Of a DNA stretch of 64,000 nt, positions 60,007-64,000 are shown piece after piece. This DNA is from Dehalococcoidia bacterium. GTDB lineage: Bacteria; Chloroflexota; Dehalococcoidia; Bin125. The position numbers and the translations under genes are program-made. Numbering within the stretch: the stretch's first letter is position 1; every line of letters begins with the position of its first letter. The notes under the pieces were generated by a model. The model worked only from the letters and a program-made list of their open reading frames with translations. It was not told the DNA's origin and did no database searches. The stretch is from positions 1,056,001 to 1,120,000 of the forward strand of contig CAXXSR010000001.1 in NCBI GenBank assembly GCA_963662615.2, read 5' to 3'.

Positions 60007-60157
60007 CACCGTCCTCCGCAGCCCGGCCGGTCGGCGCGGGCCCATCGTACCACCAGCGTCCGGCCGCCCTCGCGGGGCCACGGCGCGGCGCTGCTCGGTC
60101 GTGAACGCGCCCCCCGTCCGCTAACGCGCTCTCTACCGCGAACGCGCTCCTCTGCCA

Positions 60158-60916
60158 CTAACCCAACAGCAGTTGACGCGCCTCGTCCAGCGCGTGGAAG
60201 GCGGTCAGGTCCGTGTCCAGCGGCGTCACCGACACCAGCCCGTGCCCCACCGCCCACACGTCCGTGCCCTCCGGGAGGTTCGCCTGCGCGACGTATTCCA
60301 GCCGCCGCTGGATCATCCCCTCCGGCGTCACCTCGTCCAGCAGCCGCTCCACACTGCGCGACGCCAGCGTCGTCACGCGCGTCGTCGCCAGCTCCTCGGG
60401 CGGCCGTGGCGGCACGTTCACGTTGAGAAAGAGCGCCCGTCCCGACGCCAGCAACGCCCCCGCGATTCGCGCCCCCACCGCCGCCGCCGCTCCCAAATAC
60501 GTCGGCTCCGACGACGCCAGCGACACCGCCAGCGACGGCAGCCCCCGGTGGAACCCCTGCATGGCGGCGCCCACGGTCCCGGAGTGGATCACGTCCGCTC
60601 CCAAGTTGGGGCCCGGATTGACCCCGGAGACCACCATGTCCACCGGCCGCGGCGCATGCTGGCGCAGCCCAACGATCACCGCGTCCGTGGGCGTGCCGCT
60701 CACCTGCCACGCGGCCACCCCGTCCACGAGGCTGGGGGCCCGCTCCGACTGCAGCTCTTGGTGGAGTGTGAAGGCCGTGCCGCTGCCCGACTGCTGGAGC
60801 GCCGGCGCGGCCACCATGACCTCGCCCAGCGGCAGCAGGGCCTGCACCAGCAGCCGCAGGCCCTCCGCATCAATCCCGTCGTCGTTGGTCACCAGGATGA
60901 GGGGCGGTGGGCTCAC
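60158..60916 (-). CDS. surE: 5'/3'-nucleotidase SurE
   Basis: LVTNDDG, GTPTD, SGVN, SGTVGAA. Confidence 0.95.
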   Translation of the reverse strand: MSPPPLILVTNDDGIDAEGLRLLVQALLPLGEVMVAAPALQQSGSGTAFTLHQELQSERAPSLVDGVAAWQVSGTPTDAVIVGLRQHAPRPVDMVVSGVNPGPNLGADVIHSGTVGAAMQGFHRGLPSLAVSLASSEPTYLGAAAAVGARIAGALLASGRALFLNVNVPPRPPEELATTRVTTLASRSVERLLDEVTPEGMIQRRLEYVAQANLPEGTDVWAVGHGLVSVTPLDTDLTAFHALDEARQLLLG

Positions 60917-60941
60917 GCCTCGATAATGGCCCCCAGCGCCT

Positions 60942-61838
60942 TCAGGCGGAAGAGCGCAGCGCCCGCGGCAGCGCCTCCTGGCTGAGGCCGCTCGGGTCGG
61001 GCAGCCCCAACCAGCGATTGTCGATCAGCCGCGTCGAGCCGACTTGCGCCGCCACCGCCAGCAGCGCCATCTCGTCCACCTCGTCCAGCTCCTCCAGCGT
61101 ATCGATCGACGCGCAGGCAACGTAGCCGGTCTGGAGCGCCGCCTCCCCTTCCAGCACCTCCCGCACCGCCCCCCGCAGCGCATCCCCGCGGCGCTCGCCT
61201 TGGGCGAAGAGCGTCGCTCCGGCCTCCAAACCTCGAGGGATCGCGCCGGCCGATGACCGCTCCTCCGCCGTCAGGTTCCGATTGCGACTGCTCAGCGCCA
61301 GGCCGTCGGCCTCCCGCACGGTCGGCACGGGCACCACGGTGGTGGGAATCGCCAGGTCGCGCACCAGCTTCGCCAGCACCAGCAGTTGCTGGGCGTCCTT
61401 CATCCCGAAGTAGGTCCGCTCCGCCTGCGCTATCTGCATCAGCTTGACCACGACGGTGGTCACGCCGCGAAAGTGCCCCGGCCGGCTCGACCCCTCCAGC
61501 CGCTCTGCCAGCGAGCCGCCCACCTCCACCGACGTCGAGAACCCTTCCGGATACATCATGGCGCCGGTCGGCAGGAAGACCGCACGCACCCCCAGATCGG
61601 CCAGGAGGCGCGCGTCACCTTCAAGGTCGCGCGGGTACTGCTCGAAGTCCTCGTGCGGGCCGAATTGCAGCGGGTTGACGAAGATCGAGACGATCACCCG
61701 GTCGCTCTCGGCAGCGGCCCGACGCACCAACGCCAGGTGGCCGTCGTGCAGCGCGCCCATCGTCGGCACGAAGCCCACGCTGCCCGTATCGGCCGCCCGC
61801 CACGCCCGCACCGCCGCGATCGTCGCCAAGCGCTCCAC
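60942..61838 (-). CDS. panC: Pantothenate synthetase
   Basis: PTMGALHDGH, FVNPLQF, RPGHF, LALSSRN, RLIDN. Confidence 0.97.
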   Translation of the reverse strand: MERLATIAAVRAWRAADTGSVGFVPTMGALHDGHLALVRRAAAESDRVIVSIFVNPLQFGPHEDFEQYPRDLEGDARLLADLGVRAVFLPTGAMMYPEGFSTSVEVGGSLAERLEGSSRPGHFRGVTTVVVKLMQIAQAERTYFGMKDAQQLLVLAKLVRDLAIPTTVVPVPTVREADGLALSSRNRNLTAEERSSAGAIPRGLEAGATLFAQGERRGDALRGAVREVLEGEAALQTGYVACASIDTLEELDEVDEMALLAVAAQVGSTRLIDNRWLGLPDPSGLSQEALPRALRSSA

Positions 61839-61871
61839 GGCTACCGTCTCCGAACAAAGAGCGAAACGGCC

Positions 61872-62735
61872 TCAGGGCGCCGTCGCGTTGATCTCGTCAA
61901 TCAGTCGCGCCAGCACGTCGCCCGCCTTCGCCTCCACCCCCACCGACTGCGCCGCTGTGGGGAACTCGCCCCGCCGCACCGCGTGGAGGTAGTTCTCCAG
62001 CCCGTGCCGGACCTGCGGCCCCAGCTTGGCAAAGTGCCGGCTGTGCCGCGGCAGGAACTCCTCCAGCAGCCCCAGGATATCGTGCCAGACCTGGATCTCG
62101 GCGTCGCACTCGCGGCCGGCCCCAATGCCGATGGTCGGGATGCGCAGCGCCCGGCTGACCTCGCCGGCCAGCGGCGCCGGAATCAGCTCCAGCACGATGG
62201 CGAAGCAACCCGCGGCCTCCAGCGCCGTGGCGTCTTCCCGTAGCCGCGCCGCGTCGGCCTGGGACTTGCCCTGCACCTTGTGGCCGCCGAACTGCCGCAC
62301 CGACTGCGGCGTCAGGCCCAGATGGCCCATCACGGGAATGCCGCTGGCCACCATCCGCTCGACCGCCGGCACCACGCGGGCGCCGCCCTCCAGCTTCACC
62401 GCCGTCGCGCCGCCCTCTTGCATCAACCGCGCCGCGTTGCGCAGCGCCTCGTCGTCGGAGACCTGGTACGACCCGAACGGCATGTCCGCCACCACAATGG
62501 TCCGCACCGTGCCCCGCACCACCGGCTTCGTGTGGTGCAGGATCTCCTCCAGCGTCACCGGGATGGTGGAGTCGTAGCCCAGCAGCGCCGTCCCCAGCGA
62601 GTCGCCCACCAACACGGCCGGAAACCCCACCGACTCGGCCAGCCGCGCGCTGGGGTGGTCGTAGCACGTCACCATCGCGAAGCGTTCGCCCCGCTCCTTC
62701 ATCGCCCGCAGGCTGTGCACCGATTGACGTCCCAT
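61872..62735 (-). CDS. panB: 3-methyl-2-oxobutanoate hydroxymethyltransferase
   Basis: LVGDSLG, ADMPF, VKLEGG, GHLGLTPQS, IGIGAG. Confidence 0.97.
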   Translation of the reverse strand: MGRQSVHSLRAMKERGERFAMVTCYDHPSARLAESVGFPAVLVGDSLGTALLGYDSTIPVTLEEILHHTKPVVRGTVRTIVVADMPFGSYQVSDDEALRNAARLMQEGGATAVKLEGGARVVPAVERMVASGIPVMGHLGLTPQSVRQFGGHKVQGKSQADAARLREDATALEAAGCFAIVLELIPAPLAGEVSRALRIPTIGIGAGRECDAEIQVWHDILGLLEEFLPRHSRHFAKLGPQVRHGLENYLHAVRRGEFPTAAQSVGVEAKAGDVLARLIDEINATAP

Positions 62736-62840
62736 CGTGCCCGTCTCCCTCCGCCGGAATCTCCAGGCGCCCGGAACGTAACGACCCCCGGATCACCCTG
62801 TCAATGCGACCGCCTGCCCAGCGGCGCGCAAGGCAACGAT

Positions 62841-62894
62841 CCGCTCACCCTGACCTGTCCTTCGCGCAGCGAAGGAGCCTGTCGAAGGGCGAAC
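62841..62894. repeat. REP-like palindrome with inserted hairpin
   Basis: CGCTCACCCTGA-CCTGTCCTTCGCGCAGCGAAGGA-GCCTGTCGAAGGGCGAAC. Confidence 0.85.
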
Positions 62895-62967
62895 ACGGGC
62901 GCCGACATCGTCCCGATCACCAAGCCCCAGCGCGACCAAGTCCGTTCCCGGACGCCGCGATCGTCCT

Positions 62968-63045
62968 GATCATCAAGCCCCCGCGCGAGCGATGCGGTCA
63001 CGAACGCCGCCGTGGTCCAGACGGGCCGCGAGCGCGGGCGAAAAA
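62968..63045 (+). repeat. Dispersed ~75-bp repeat, copy 3
   Basis: GATCATCAAGCCCCCGCGCGAGCG...CCGCGAGCGCGGGCGAAAAA; a partial copy starts at 62915. Confidence 0.7.
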
Positions 63046-63117
63046 GTCGAACCGCGAACACGAACGCTGGCGCCGAGTGCCGCCGCCCTTGGCGCCGCCA
63101 CTCCTGTTGCTAGGGCT

Positions 63118-63610
63118 TTAATACCGACTGCGCGGATCGCGCAGTGATAGCGCGATGCGACTCTTCCGTTCCTCGACCTCCAGATGCCGAGTGGCATTGG
63201 CGCTCGAGCCCGGGTCGTGAGATGAATCGATACGAACGAGCTGGTTCAGTGTCTCCTCAAATAGCTTGTGGAGGTCGATCAGGCGCTGAGCGTCCTTGAT
63301 CGTACCCACCTCTTCGAAGTAGAGGCTACTGGGACTCTTGATTTCGAGACGGTGGCCGTCGTGTGGAGGGCACACCGAACCAGCTGGCGGAGATCGGCGC
63401 TCGAAAAGAGCCGCCGAACGCTCTCCTCGTCGCTGCCCTTGACGATGAACTGATGATCGAACTCCGAGTCGCCCGTCTCGATGTCCTGCGCCCCGAGCCA
63501 TCGCCATCAACCGGCGGAATGAACCGCCGCTCGGCACACCTTGAAGCGAAACCGACGCCCGCCCTGGTACTGTGCCTCCATCCGTGTGTAGGTATTGTAG
63601 TCTTCCTGAC
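63118..63610 (-). pseudogene. DUF3137-like pseudogene
   Basis: YTRMEAQY..FRFKV..*..LGAQDIETGDSEFDHQFIVKGSDEESVRRLF, then another frame LYFEEVGTIKD..LFEETLNQL; internal stop and frameshift; family recalled from memory. Confidence 0.55.
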
Positions 63611-63634
63611 CTGCCCTTCGTCGGGATCATCGTA

Positions 63635-63759
63635 GCCGCATTGACGCCGACGGCTTGGACCTTGACCAACACCTCATCGTCCCCAACCGTCGGTTCTGGG
63701 ATCTCTTCGAGCTTCAGAACATCGGGCGAACCATATTTGTGGCGGACGATTGCTTTCAT
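63635..63759 (-). pseudogene. MDR-family (NAD(P)-dependent alcohol dehydrogenase/quinone reductase-like) 5' fragment
   Basis: MKAIVRHKYGSPDVLKLEEIPEPTVGDDEVLVKVQAVGVN, then similarity ends. Confidence 0.75.
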
Positions 63760-63819
63760 CGTGTCGCCCGTCCAATGTGCAGGGCTCGCCCGTCCCTGAC
63801 TTAGCCGGCGGTCCGCGCC

Positions 63820-64000
63820 TCACACGATGCGAGCGTGTCCCTCTGCCAGATAACGGATGGCCTCGGCGACACCTTTCCGGCTTCGATGAACTCTTTCAAG
63901 ACAACCAGGGGGTCTGTGGTTTCCTTCGAAATGCGGCGCGGGCCCGGCAGCTGGCTCACGAACGGTGACAACACGAGCATTTTGAAAAAGCGACCCAGGC
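63820..64000 (-). pseudogene. MDR-family oxidoreductase 3' end with internal deletion/frameshift
   Basis: LSPFVSQ...LVVLKEFIEAGKV shifts to VAEAIRYLAEGHARIV*. Confidence 0.65.

Noticed and set aside
63118-63759. 213-aa ORF as a real protein
   Set aside because: Chance in-frame chimera of an MDR N-terminus, an off-frame middle and a DUF3137-like tail

Overview
High-GC bacterial chromosomal segment, inferred from gene content and order to be Chloroflexota (probably Dehalococcoidia-like). It is mostly housekeeping: hflX-dapL-GNAT-dapF-miaA-tpiA-apgM-pgk-rpiB-tsaC, guaA-purD-purB-purC-purS, hisBCD, birA, murE, rnpB, rnhA, yceD-rpmF-fabD-nusB-acpP-tatBC-udg-rnj-ftsK-accDA, uvrB, ruvAC-yebC-surE-panCB. 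Accessory parts are a PadR-arsM-DUF169 cluster, secreted repeat/CHRD proteins and decayed genes at the right end. The most unusual signals are: (1) an intact large serine recombinase homologue lacking its catalytic motifs, wedged between the Zn-ribbon gene and rnhA/rnpB; (2) a REP-like palindrome family that nests inside itself, flanks a GIY-YIG nuclease and a second gene in the purine operon, and travels with an unannotated ~75-bp repeat and a TCCTTCC/GGAAGGA hairpin cap; (3) a ~145-nt structured small-RNA/sORF candidate with two strong Shine-Dalgarno motifs; (4) a probable ATC start codon for hflX; (5) intergenic minisatellites, two encoding Met-initiated peptide repeats. All calls come from reading the sequence and the ORF track; no database search was run.
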